NCBI GenBank assembly: GCA_027021705.1
Contig: JALUTT010000081.1
Coordinates: 1 to 40,159 of the forward strand
DNA: 40,159 bases
Source of the DNA: Anaerolineae bacterium
GTDB taxonomy: Bacteria; Chloroflexota; Anaerolineae; S140-20
Direction: 5' to 3'
Each line of letters begins with the position of its first letter. Positions within the stretch are counted from its first letter, which is position 1. The notes under the pieces were generated by a model. It had not been told where the DNA came from. It worked only from the letters and a program-made list of their open reading frames with translations, and did not search any database. Of this stretch, positions 1-9,194 are shown piece after piece. Both the position numbers and the translations under genes were made by a program.

Positions 1-116
1 GCCCGCTGGAGTTGGCCGGCTACGACATCAGCCAGGTGCCGATGGCTTCCCTTTGCGCCGGCCTGAGCGTTGTCTGGCCTTTGGAGGCAACTCAGAATGA
101 TGTCCCAAACTCGTGA
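1..116 (+). CDS. 3' end of an upstream gene (partial, product unknown)
   Basis: Frame 3 reads PLELAGYDISQVPMASLCAGLSVVWPLEATQNDVPNS* with GC3-rich codons and ends at TGA 114-116. Too short to assign a function. Confidence 0.4.
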   Translation, partial: PLELAGYDISQVPMASLCAGLSVVWPLEATQNDVPNS

Positions 117-133
117 CGGTCGCTCCCCTTGGT

Positions 134-162
134 TTGTTCTAATCTGCATATTGTGCTATAAT
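134..162 (+). promoter_or_regulatory. sigma70-type promoter for the LysM gene pair
   Basis: TTGTTC (134-139), a 17-bp spacer, then TATAAT (157-162) with an extended -10 TG. Confidence 0.65.
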
Positions 163-215
163 TCGCGCGCTCTGGCAAGGCGGGCGCGGTGACAAACGCA
201 AGGAGTGGAACGGCG

Positions 216-1736
216 ATGAAGAACCTGCGTGGGTGGGGCCTGATCATGCTGTTGGCCCTGGTGGCGTTGGGGACCGCTTCCCCGATGCCCCTGCAAGCTC
301 AACAGCCGGGGCAGAACCTCCTCACCAACCCCGGCTTTGAGGCCCCTTACAACAACGGCGTGGCCAGCGGCTGGGCCCCCTGGCACCAGGAGAACAGCGA
401 GAAGTGCAAGACCAAGCCACCGGACTGGGACTTCTCCTGTCGGCCCGTCTGGTCTCAGGAACTGGACGCCAACGGCTTCGGCCTCGTCCGCAGCGGTTCC
501 TCCCAGCACATCGGCGTTCAGTATATGCCCTGGCACGGTGGCGTGATGCAGACGGTCAACGTGGCCCCCGGGACCCGACTTCGCTTCAGCGTCTGGGGCT
601 TCTCCCGGGCCAGTAACGAGCAGCCCCCGGCCGGGTCGGTGATGGACCGGATCCCTCGGATGCAGGTGGGCATTGACCCGGAGGGCAACGGGCTGTGGAG
701 CCATCCCGGCGTCGTCTGGTCGGCCGAGGTCAACGTGCTGGACCGGTGGCAGCAGCTCTCCGTCGAGGCCACGGCCGGGGCCAGCGGTAAGGTAACGGTC
801 TTCGTCTCGACCAATTACCGGAAGATTCTGCCGTTGGCCCATATGGACAGTTGGTGGGACGATGCGGTGCTGGAGGTCGTTGCGCCGGTTGCCTCGCCTA
901 CACCGACATCACCGCCTCAGCCGCCCACCAACACGCCAGGCCCTCCCCCGCCCCCACCGGCAACCTCCACGCCCCGTCCTGACGGGTCTATCGTGCACAC
1001 GGTGCGGCCGGGGGACACCCTGTGGAGCATCGCCGCTGCCTACGGGGTCTCGGTGGACCAGATCCGCCGCCTGAACGCTGGATCCATCGGCCCCAACGAT
1101 ACGATTGTGGTAGGACAGGAGTTGGTTATCTCCGTGCCTTCCGCGACGCCCACGCCTCCCCCGCCTCCCACCGAGGCTCCTGCGGCCTCGCCTACCCCAC
1201 CGGAGGCTCCCGCGCCTTCGCCCACGCCTGGCGGAGGTGCTGCTGGGGAAGCAACTCCCGTAGCGGAGGCGGGCACGACCACCAACAGCCTCTGCCTTCA
1301 AGCCTATGACGATCGAAACAACAACGGCATCCAGGAGGTGGGGCAGGAGGACTTGTTGCCCGGGGTCACCTTCACCCTCTTGACGAACGAGGGGGTGAAG
1401 CTAGGCGATTACACCTCCGATGGGGTCAGCGAACCCTACTGCTTCTCCGGCCTGCCCGACGGCAACTACTTCGTGACCGTCCAGCCGCCGCAGGGTTATG
1501 GGACGACGACGGCGGACCGCTGGGCGGTGCCGCTCTCCGGTGGAGCGACGGTCCGACTCGCCTTCGGCGTTCGGAAGATCCCAGGGGAGCCGTTGCAAAC
1601 TCAGCCATCGGCCCCCGCTGCGTCAGCAACAGGTGGCTCCAGCCTGCTCAACTGGATCATCGGGGGACTGGGCATCCTGGTGCTGGTTGCGGCCGGCTCG
1701 GTCGCTGTCCTCTTCGCCCTCGGGCGGCGCCGCTGA
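216..1736 (+). CDS. Secreted, C-terminally membrane-anchored LysM protein: signal peptide, CBM-like N-domain, Pro/Thr linker, LysM, SdrD-B-like domain, TM+RRR
   Basis: AGGAG at 201-205 precedes ATG 216. Signal peptide, then an 'NLLTNPGFE' CBM-like start, LysM '[27 protein letters not shown]', an EF-hand-like '[10 protein letters not shown]', and a C-terminal hydrophobic helix ending GRRR. Confidence 0.85.
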   Translation: MKNLRGWGLIMLLALVALGTASPMPLQAQQPGQNLLTNPGFEAPYNNGVASGWAPWHQENSEKCKTKPPDWDFSCRPVWSQELDANGFGLVRSGSSQHIGVQYMPWHGGVMQTVNVAPGTRLRFSVWGFSRASNEQPPAGSVMDRIPRMQVGIDPEGNGLWSHPGVVWSAEVNVLDRWQQLSVEATAGASGKVTVFVSTNYRKILPLAHMDSWWDDAVLEVVAPVASPTPTSPPQPPTNTPGPPPPPPATSTPRPDGSIVHTVRPGDTLWSIAAAYGVSVDQIRRLNAGSIGPNDTIVVGQELVISVPSATPTPPPPPTEAPAASPTPPEAPAPSPTPGGGAAGEATPVAEAGTTTNSLCLQAYDDRNNNGIQEVGQEDLLPGVTFTLLTNEGVKLGDYTSDGVSEPYCFSGLPDGNYFVTVQPPQGYGTTTADRWAVPLSGGATVRLAFGVRKIPGEPLQTQPSAPAASATGGSSLLNWIIGGLGILVLVAAGSVAVLFALGRRR

Positions 1737-1761
1737 GACCTGAAACTGGAGGAGATTGTCT

Positions 1762-3381
1762 ATGAGCAACCGCAGGATCACCCGTGGACTGCTGATAGGG
1801 GCTCTCTTGCTGCTCTTCCTCGTCCCCCTCTATCAGGTCCACGCCCGACCCTCAGTCCAAGAGGTAGGACAGGAACTGCTGGTCAACCCAGGCTTTGAAG
1901 GGGTCACCCGCCCCGGCGGCTGGACCCGGGATACCTTTGACGGCATTCCCCGGGGAGAGATCTTCACGCCGGAGGGGTGGGTGACCTTCTGGCGCACGGG
2001 GCTGCCTGCCCATGATCCCGGGAACCAGGTCGGCTACGTGCAGCCGGAAGCGCAGGTGATCGAACGTCGCCACCCCTTCCTGGATCCGTTGCGGATCCGC
2101 AGCGGGAACTGGGCCCTGAAGCTCTTCACCTTCTACAAGATCCACGACGCCGGCTACTACCAGGTGGTCTCTAACCTGCCGCCGGGGGCCACCGTCCAGT
2201 TGAGCGCCTGGGCCCAGGGATGGAGTGGCCAGCGGGACAGTCCACCTCTGAGCGATGGGGATCCTCAGAACTTGACCTTCCAGGTCTGCATTGACCCCAA
2301 CGGCGGAACGGACCCCTGGAGCCCGAACCTGGTCTGTAGCGCTGCCACTCCCTCACCGGATGAGTACCGCCTGATCGGGCCGGTGACGGCTCAGGTTGGT
2401 CCTGAGGGACGGGTGACCGCATTCCTGCGGTCTAAAGTGCTTTGGCCCTACAAGCACAACGACGCTTACTGGGATGATGCCAGCATGGTGTTGTTGGACA
2501 GCGGCACACCGCCCACTCCCACCCCCCTGCCGCCACCACCGACCTGGACACCGGGGCCCCCACCGACGCCGTTGCCCACGCCGACCCCCCGCCCCGACGG
2601 GGCCATCGTCCACGTCGTCCAGGCGGGCGACACCCTCTTTGGCATCGCCTTCCGCTACAACGTGACCGTGGATCAGATCAAGGCGCTGAACAATATCGGC
2701 CAGTTCATCTACCCAGGGCAGGAACTGGTCATCGCCCTCCCCACCGTCTCGCCGACGCCGTCACCGCCTCCACCACCCACGGCGACGGTGGCACCGCCGG
2801 CAGCCGGGGGAGGGGAGGGGGCAGAGGCCGCGCCCCCTGCTCAGCCGCAACCGACGGCTGTTGCTGAGGCAAGCGGTGGAGGAGGACCGAACCCCGCTGC
2901 CGGCACGAGCAACACCCTCTGCGTCTCGGCCTACAACGACCGGAACGGCGATGGCCGGCGGGAGCCCGAGGCTGAGAACCTGCTCCCCCAGGCAACGTTC
3001 ACGCTCTCCAACGAGGGAGGAGTGGTCGCCACCTACACCACCGACGGGGTCAGTGAGCCTCACTGTTTCTCCAACCTCTCGCCGGGGAACTATTTCGTCC
3101 AAATGCAGCAGCCGGCGGGCTACGCGATGACGACGTCGGACCGGTGGGCGTTGGCACTTCTCGGAGGGACGACCATCAACATCGAGTTCGGCGCTCGGGC
3201 TGCTGGTGGCGAGGCTGCGGTGACGCCGGGCAGCACGGGGGCGTCGCCGGCCGGCTCTCCCAAGCCCTCAACCAGCCTGCTCACCCGGCTGCGGGATCTG
3301 ATCATCGGTGCGAGCGGGGTCTTCGTGCTGGCGCTGGCCGTGGCCGTGGGCGTCGCCTTCGTCAGCTCTCGCCGGCGGTAG
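1762..3381 (+). CDS. Paralogous secreted, membrane-anchored LysM protein with the same architecture
   Basis: GGAGGA RBS before ATG 1762. Contains 'ELLVNPGFE', LysM 'HVVQAGDTLFGIAFRYNVTVDQIKALN', 'NDRNGDGRRE' and a C-terminal TM ending SSRRR. Confidence 0.85.
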   Translation: MSNRRITRGLLIGALLLLFLVPLYQVHARPSVQEVGQELLVNPGFEGVTRPGGWTRDTFDGIPRGEIFTPEGWVTFWRTGLPAHDPGNQVGYVQPEAQVIERRHPFLDPLRIRSGNWALKLFTFYKIHDAGYYQVVSNLPPGATVQLSAWAQGWSGQRDSPPLSDGDPQNLTFQVCIDPNGGTDPWSPNLVCSAATPSPDEYRLIGPVTAQVGPEGRVTAFLRSKVLWPYKHNDAYWDDASMVLLDSGTPPTPTPLPPPPTWTPGPPPTPLPTPTPRPDGAIVHVVQAGDTLFGIAFRYNVTVDQIKALNNIGQFIYPGQELVIALPTVSPTPSPPPPPTATVAPPAAGGGEGAEAAPPAQPQPTAVAEASGGGGPNPAAGTSNTLCVSAYNDRNGDGRREPEAENLLPQATFTLSNEGGVVATYTTDGVSEPHCFSNLSPGNYFVQMQQPAGYAMTTSDRWALALLGGTTINIEFGARAAGGEAAVTPGSTGASPAGSPKPSTSLLTRLRDLIIGASGVFVLALAVAVGVAFVSSRRR

Positions 3382-3433
3382 GGGAGAGACCCCCAAGCAG
3401 CCTCACCGTGGTCCAACGGATGAAAGCGAGAAG

Positions 3434-3474
3434 GGCCTGCTCCCTGCCCCCGGCGGGGAGCAGGCCGTTTGTTT
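3434..3474 (+). terminator. Intrinsic terminator after the LysM pair
   Basis: GGCCTGCTCCCTGCC-ccc-GGCGGGGAGCAGGCC hairpin followed by GTTTGTTT. Confidence 0.75.
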
Positions 3475-3529
3475 CCTGGGAGTAGGAAGCGGCCCTGGTG
3501 GCCGCCCTGGGAGCGGCTTGCCTGTTACG

Positions 3530-3694
3530 CGGTGATTACCCATAAGTGAGCGAGAGAGTGGTCCGTCGCAGGCCGTCCACGGATTTCTCACCAATGCACG
3601 AATGAGGCGGTCCTTCATTCGTGTATTCGCGTGTATTCGTGCCCCATTCGTGGACGGCTGGTCTCCCTATCTCCAAAGATGTGGGTAGTCACCG
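3530..3694. mobile_element. MITE-like element family A, complete copy (~165 bp)
   Basis: Terminal inverted repeats CGGTGATTACCCATA / TGTGGGTAGTCACCG. Internal palindrome with CACGAAT...ATTCGTG motifs. A near-identical second copy lies at 26357-26470. Confidence 0.7.
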
Positions 3695-3705
3695 TCTGTT
3701 CCCGG

Positions 3706-3734
3706 TGGACGGCCCGCCCGCTTTGTGGTATCAT
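3706..3734 (+). promoter_or_regulatory. Putative extended -10 promoter for the GT-C genes
   Basis: TGGACG, 17 bp, then TATCAT preceded by TGn, upstream of ATG 3786. Confidence 0.45.
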
Positions 3735-3785
3735 CATCCCGTTCACGCCGGCTTTCACGAAGACTCCAGGGGCCTGCGAGTTCCT

Positions 3786-6700
3786 ATGCACGCCTACGAA
3801 CTTTCCGAACCTCCCACAAGTACCACCTCCCTTTCGGCCACGCTTCGGGAAGCCCTGCGCTCCCTGCGCCCCCTGCTCCTGCTGGGCGTTCTTCTGCTGG
3901 GCGCCCACTTCCGCCTGCTCCACGTGGATTGGGACGAAGGACAGCACCAGCACCCCGACGAGCGATTCCTGACCATCGTCGAGTCCAACATCCGCACCCC
4001 CTGGTACAGGCCCGAGGCCGACCGTCGCCCCCCACCGCCCGGCTGCCAGGAGTGGGGCGGCTACTTCGACTCCCAATGCTCCCCCCTCAACCCCTTCAAC
4101 CGAGGACACGGGGGGCGGGGGGGCTTCGTCTACGGCACGCTGCCCATCATCCTGACCCGGGCCGTGGCCGAGGGGCTGAACGCCGCTTGTGCAGACCCGG
4201 CACAGCCGGAGAGCCGGCCGGCCCTGCTCCCCCGCCTGGTCGCCCGTGCCCTCTTCGGCCTCCCCGCCAAGGGCTGCGTCGGTGAGCGGTTCACCGGCTA
4301 CGGCGGCGTCTACCTGGTGGGGCGGATCCTGGCCGCCCTGGCCGACCTGGGAGCCGTCCTCCTGCTCTTCTTCATCGGACGACGGCTCTACGGTCCCTGG
4401 GTGGGCCTTTTGGCCTCGGCCTTCAGCGCCCTGGCCGTCCTCCAGATCCAGCAGGCCCACTTCTTCACCGTGGACGCCTTCGCCAACTTCTTCGTCATCC
4501 TCTCCTTCTACTTCGCCGTGCGGCTGGCCCAGGAAGGCCGGCTGCGCGATGCGGCCCTGAGCGGGCTGGCCCTGGGGCTGGCCGTCGCCTGCAAGATCAA
4601 CGTCGCCCCGCTGGCCCTCATCATCAGCCTGGCCGTGGGGCTCTGGGGGTGGCGGGCCGCCCGGCCCACGACGGCCCGCATCCTGCTCCTGCTGGTGGTG
4701 GCCGGCCTCTTCGCCTTCCTGGGCTTCCGCGTCGGCCAACCCTACGCCTTCGCCGGCCCCGACTTCTCCCTCATCCAGATGACCGGCCCCGACTGGGACT
4801 GGGTGCGCCCTTACCTGCCCGACTGGTGGGACACCCTCTTCAACCTGCTCCCCGGCCCGGTGCGCACCCTGCTCCTGCCCGATCCCCGCTTCGTCGGCAA
4901 CTTGGTCTACATCCGGGAGCTGATCAGCGGGGAGATTGACGTGCCCTACGGCCACCAGTGGACGGCCCGCACGCCCCTCATCTTCCCCTGGAAGAACATC
5001 GTCTTCTGGGGGCTGGGCCTCCCCCTAGGGCTGGCCGCCTGGATCGCCTGGGGATGGGCCGGGTGGCAGCTCTGGCGGGGCCTGCGCCGAGAAGGGCTCA
5101 CGTCGCGCACCGATGTGGCCGCTCCCTGGGTCGCCCACCTCCTCCCTTGGACCTGGGTCACCCTCTACTTCGGCTACATGGGGGTCCAGTGGGTCAAGTC
5201 TATGCGCTACATGCTGCCCATCTACCCCTTCCTAGCCCTTCTGGCCGCCTGGCTCTTGGTGGGCCGCCGGGGGACGGCAGGGCCACAGGCTCCGAGGTTG
5301 CGGCTCCCCACCCTCCGACTTCCGCACCTGCGCCCGCTCTTCCTCGCCCTCGTCCTGCTGGGCACCTTCCTGTGGGCCTTCGCCTTCACCCGCATCTACG
5401 CCCGACCTCTCTCCCGCAACACCGCCTCCCGCTGGATCTACCGGAACATCCCCACGGCCATCACCCTCCTCTACACACCCGAGGGGGGCGATGCCCAAGA
5501 GCTGGCCGCCCTCCAACTGGAGGTGCCCGTCGTGCCCAAGGGCTACACCTTCAACGACGCCTCGGTGGTCCAGACGGTCCGGCTGAAGCTCCCCACCGGC
5601 GGGCGCGTCCAGGCCGTCCGCTACAACCGGCTCTCCGACCCGATGGCCGACCCGGAGCCGGAGCGAATCCGGGCGGTCCTGGCCCTGGACCCGGAGGGGA
5701 AGCAGCCCCTGGCCACGGTCGAGGCGGCGTTGCACCTGGAGCCCCAAGAGGTCCAGGAGACGCCTTTCTCCTATGGCCGGCCCTACACCCTCACCTTCCC
5801 CTCGCCGGTGACGCTGGAGGCGGGGCGGGAGTACTGGCTCCTCACCCGCGTTCCTCAGGGCGCACCCGTCCTGATGCGCAGCCTGGTCATCGCCAACGAG
5901 CGCTGGGACGACGGTCTCCCTCTGCCCGTGGATGGGAAGGACGCCTTCGGAGCCCTCTACCACAACCTCTCCAGCGAGCCCGACGGCAAGATGGGGCCTT
6001 ACGACGAGGACACGCCCGACAAGCTCCAGAAGTTCCTGACCTGGCTGGACGAGGCGGACGTGATCCTGCTGACCAGCAACCGGGTCTACGCCTCGGTGGT
6101 GCGGCTGCCCACCCGCTACCCGCTGACCATCGCCTACTACCGGGCCCTCTTCGCCGGTGAGCTGGGCTTCGAGCCGGTGGCCGAGTTCACCTCCTACCCC
6201 AACCTGGGGCCGATCCAGTTCCCCGACCAAGAGGACCCCTTCCCGCTGAAGGAGCCCCGCTACCGCGAGCAGGCGGGGACGATCTCGGTCCGGCTGCCCC
6301 CGGCCGAGGAGGTCTTCTCCGTCTACGACCACCAGCGGATCATCGTCTTCCAGAAGACGCCGGCCTACAGCCGCGAGCGGGTGGCCGAGATCTTGGGCCG
6401 GGTGGACCTGGACCGGGTGATCTGGATGTCGCCCAAGGACGCGACCCGCGCCCCCAACGCGCTCCTGATGGACGAGGCGACCTGGCGGGAGCGCCGCCAC
6501 TGGGGCACCTGGGCCGCCCTCTTCGACCCCGCCGGCTTGCTGAACCGCTTCCCGCTCCTGGGGCTGGTCGTCTGGCTGCTGCTGATCCAGCTTCTGGGCT
6601 GGCTGGCCTGGCCTCTCCTCTACGTCGCCCTGCCCGGCCTGCCCGACCGGGGGTACCCCTTGGCCCGGACGCTGGGGCTGCTCCTCTTCGCCTACCTGGC

Positions 6701-9101
6701 CTGGATCGGGGCCAGCCTCCGCCTCTGGCCCTACACCCGGCCCGTGCTCTGGCTGCTCCTGCTGCTCCTGCTCCTGGCGGGGGGCGGCGTCGGCTGGTGG
6801 CAGCGCCGGGAACTCCGGGCCTTCCTCCGGGCTCATCGGCGGACCCTCCTGGCCTCCGAAGCGGTCTACGGGCTGATCTTCCTGATCTTCCTGCTCATCC
6901 GCTACGGCAACCCCGACCTCTGGCACCCGGTGATGGGGGGGGAGAAGCCGATGGACTTCGCCTACCTCAACGCGGTGCTCAAGAGCGAGCGCTTCCCGCC
7001 CTACGACCCCTGGTTCGCCCAGGGCTACCTCAACTACTACTACTTCGGCTTCGTCCTGGTCGGCACCCCCATCAAGCTGCTGGGCATCCTGCCGGAGATC
7101 GCCTACAACCTGGTGATCCCCACGCTGGCGGCGCTGACGGGGGTCGGCGCCTTCAGCGCGGCGGCAAACCTGGTCACCCTCGCCTCCCGGCGTGCCCCGG
7201 CCACCGAGCCTTCGGACGCCGCGCCGACCGCTCCCGCGCCCATCACCGCCCTCGTCGCCGGCCTGCTGGCCGCCCTCTTCGTCGTCCTGCTGGGCAACCT
7301 GGGGGAGCTGAAGCTATGGCTGGAGAAGCTGGCCGAGGTGGGACAGGTCACCTTCCCCAGCACCATCCCGGGGTTCCCGGAGGCCGTCTCGGTGCTGCGG
7401 GGGCTCTGGCGGGCGCTGATCGGCGGGGTGCCGGTGCCCCTCCGCCCCGAGGACCCCTACTGGGCCCCGACGCGGCTCATCCCCCATCCCCAGAGCGAGG
7501 CAGCGCCCATCACCGAGTTCCCCTTCTTCACCTTCCTCTACGGCGACCTGCACGCCCATATGATCTCGTTGCCGCTGATGCTCCTGGCCCTGGGGCTGGC
7601 GATGGGGGAGGTCTGGCGGCGGAGGGAGCGTTCGCGCGGGCCGGCCCTCCTCGCCCTCCTCCTGGCCGCCCTGGCGGTGGGGGCCTTGCGGGCGACGAAC
7701 ACCTGGGACTACCCTACCTTCCTGGGGCTGATGGGGGCGGCGATGCTCCTGGGCTATTGGGCCTCCCCTCGGCCGGACGATTCGCCGGTCCACCCCTTCT
7801 GGACGCTGCTGGAGCGGGTGGGGGGCCGGTTTCTCCTCTTCGCCTTCCTCACCTGGCTCCTCTTCCAGCCCTACGTGGCTCACTACGCCACCGCCTACGC
7901 CAGCATCCAGCTTTGGAAGGGGAGCAAGACGCCCCTGTGGGCCTACCTGGCCATCCACGGCCTCTTCCTCTTTCCCATCGTCACCTGGCTGGTGGTGCGG
8001 GTGCGGAAAGGAGGGGAGGCGAGAGGGCGCCGGAATGATGGAGGCGTGCCAGAGCAGGGCAGCAGTGTGGCGGAACCCCGAGACGAGGAGGCCCCGGCGC
8101 AACGGGAGCGAGAGGCCGCCGGCGGACGGGGAGGGCTGGTGGCCTGGCTGGTCCTACTGGGGGTGCTGGCCCTGGCGATGGCGGTGCTGGGGTACAGCGC
8201 CGCCCTGATCGTGCTGCCCGTCGGTGGGCTGGCGGCCTGGGTGCTTCTGGCCGCCGAGGACCGGCGGGCGACGGTGGGGGAGGCCCTCGCGCCCACCCTG
8301 CCCGAGCGCTTCCTGGCCCTCCTCGTCGGCCTGGCCCTGGCCATCACACTGGGGGTCGAGGTGATCGTCCTCAAGGGGGACATCAGCCGGATGAACACCG
8401 TCTTCAAGTTCTACCTCCAGGTCTGGGTGCTGCTGGGGGTCGGCGCGGCGGTGGCCCTGGTCTGGGTGATCCCCCGGACCTTCCGCTGGTCCCCCACCGC
8501 CCAGCGCTGGTGGTGGGGGTTGCTTCTGGCCCTCCTCTTCGCAGCCGCCCTCTACCCGCTCCTGGCTACCCGGGCGCGGGTGCGCGACCGCTACGTGCGG
8601 GAGATCGGCCCCACGCTGGACGGGATGGCCTTCCTGAGCCGGGCGACCACCTTCCAGGAGGGGCAGGAGTACGCGCTGAAGTGGGACCTGGAGGCGCTGC
8701 GCTGGATGCGGGCCCACATCGCCGGATCGCCTGTGGTGGCCGAGGCGGCGGCAGGGATGCCCTACCGCTCGCTGCGGGCCCGGGTCGCCACCTACACCGG
8801 GTTGCCCATCATCCTGGGCTACCCCTGGCACCAGCAGCAGCAGCGCTCCGCCGTGCCCCACATTGATGCCATCATCCGCAAGCGGGAGCAGGATGTGGCG
8901 ACCCTCTACAACACGCTGGACGTTGCTCAGGCGCTGGAGGTGCTGGACCGCTACGACGTGGACTACATCTACGTGGGCCACCTGGAGCGGGCCTACTACG
9001 CTCCGGCCGGCCTGGAGAAGTTTCAGCGTATGGCCCAGATGGGGCTGCTCCAGCAGGTCTACGCCAACCCCGACGTGGTGCTCTACCGCGTCGTGCGCTA
9101 G
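3786..9101 (+). CDS. Giant polytopic GT-C protein: N-terminal GT39/PMT-like glycosyltransferase fused to a C-terminal DUF2298 (Chlor_Arch_YYY) domain
   Basis: 'HPDERF' after TM1, 'QQAHFFTVD', many TM helices, then DUF2298 hallmarks 'GGEKPMDFAYLNA...PPYDPWFA..LNYYYFG', 'EFPFFTFLYGDLHAH', 'NTWDYP' and 'RMNTVFKFY'. The start codon is uncertain: the ORF is open from 3621, but that stretch runs through the MITE. Confidence 0.85.
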   Translation: MHAYELSEPPTSTTSLSATLREALRSLRPLLLLGVLLLGAHFRLLHVDWDEGQHQHPDERFLTIVESNIRTPWYRPEADRRPPPPGCQEWGGYFDSQCSPLNPFNRGHGGRGGFVYGTLPIILTRAVAEGLNAACADPAQPESRPALLPRLVARALFGLPAKGCVGERFTGYGGVYLVGRILAALADLGAVLLLFFIGRRLYGPWVGLLASAFSALAVLQIQQAHFFTVDAFANFFVILSFYFAVRLAQEGRLRDAALSGLALGLAVACKINVAPLALIISLAVGLWGWRAARPTTARILLLLVVAGLFAFLGFRVGQPYAFAGPDFSLIQMTGPDWDWVRPYLPDWWDTLFNLLPGPVRTLLLPDPRFVGNLVYIRELISGEIDVPYGHQWTARTPLIFPWKNIVFWGLGLPLGLAAWIAWGWAGWQLWRGLRREGLTSRTDVAAPWVAHLLPWTWVTLYFGYMGVQWVKSMRYMLPIYPFLALLAAWLLVGRRGTAGPQAPRLRLPTLRLPHLRPLFLALVLLGTFLWAFAFTRIYARPLSRNTASRWIYRNIPTAITLLYTPEGGDAQELAALQLEVPVVPKGYTFNDASVVQTVRLKLPTGGRVQAVRYNRLSDPMADPEPERIRAVLALDPEGKQPLATVEAALHLEPQEVQETPFSYGRPYTLTFPSPVTLEAGREYWLLTRVPQGAPVLMRSLVIANERWDDGLPLPVDGKDAFGALYHNLSSEPDGKMGPYDEDTPDKLQKFLTWLDEADVILLTSNRVYASVVRLPTRYPLTIAYYRALFAGELGFEPVAEFTSYPNLGPIQFPDQEDPFPLKEPRYREQAGTISVRLPPAEEVFSVYDHQRIIVFQKTPAYSRERVAEILGRVDLDRVIWMSPKDATRAPNALLMDEATWRERRHWGTWAALFDPAGLLNRFPLLGLVVWLLLIQLLGWLAWPLLYVALPGLPDRGYPLARTLGLLLFAYLAWIGASLRLWPYTRPVLWLLLLLLLLAGGGVGWWQRRELRAFLRAHRRTLLASEAVYGLIFLIFLLIRYGNPDLWHPVMGGEKPMDFAYLNAVLKSERFPPYDPWFAQGYLNYYYFGFVLVGTPIKLLGILPEIAYNLVIPTLAALTGVGAFSAAANLVTLASRRAPATEPSDAAPTAPAPITALVAGLLAALFVVLLGNLGELKLWLEKLAEVGQVTFPSTIPGFPEAVSVLRGLWRALIGGVPVPLRPEDPYWAPTRLIPHPQSEAAPITEFPFFTFLYGDLHAHMISLPLMLLALGLAMGEVWRRRERSRGPALLALLLAALAVGALRATNTWDYPTFLGLMGAAMLLGYWASPRPDDSPVHPFWTLLERVGGRFLLFAFLTWLLFQPYVAHYATAYASIQLWKGSKTPLWAYLAIHGLFLFPIVTWLVVRVRKGGEARGRRNDGGVPEQGSSVAEPRDEEAPAQREREAAGGRGGLVAWLVLLGVLALAMAVLGYSAALIVLPVGGLAAWVLLAAEDRRATVGEALAPTLPERFLALLVGLALAITLGVEVIVLKGDISRMNTVFKFYLQVWVLLGVGAAVALVWVIPRTFRWSPTAQRWWWGLLLALLFAAALYPLLATRARVRDRYVREIGPTLDGMAFLSRATTFQEGQEYALKWDLEALRWMRAHIAGSPVVAEAAAGMPYRSLRARVATYTGLPIILGYPWHQQQQRSAVPHIDAIIRKREQDVATLYNTLDVAQALEVLDRYDVDYIYVGHLERAYYAPAGLEKFQRMAQMGLLQQVYANPDVVLYRVVR

Positions 9102-9113
9102 CGTGCACCTGGG

Positions 9114-9172
9114 GTAACTGTTCACCCTCCCGCAGGTTAGGCGCGTTTCGACCTGCGGGAGGGTAGGCTGAA
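9114..9172. repeat. MITE/REP-like family B, short (internally deleted) copy
   Basis: GTAACTGTTCACCCTCCCGCAGGT...ACCTGCGGGAGGGTAGGCTGAA. It is the reverse complement of the ends of the element at 18422-18543. Confidence 0.75.
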
Positions 9173-9194
9173 GGGAATGCCGGAACTCTGAACG

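Noticed and set aside
3621..3785. N-terminal extensions given by the ORF track (3621, 18486, 20517, 25605, 29077, 33792)
   Set aside because: They run through repeats, promoters or neighbouring genes. Downstream starts at the beginning of the recognisable protein, most with an RBS, fit better.
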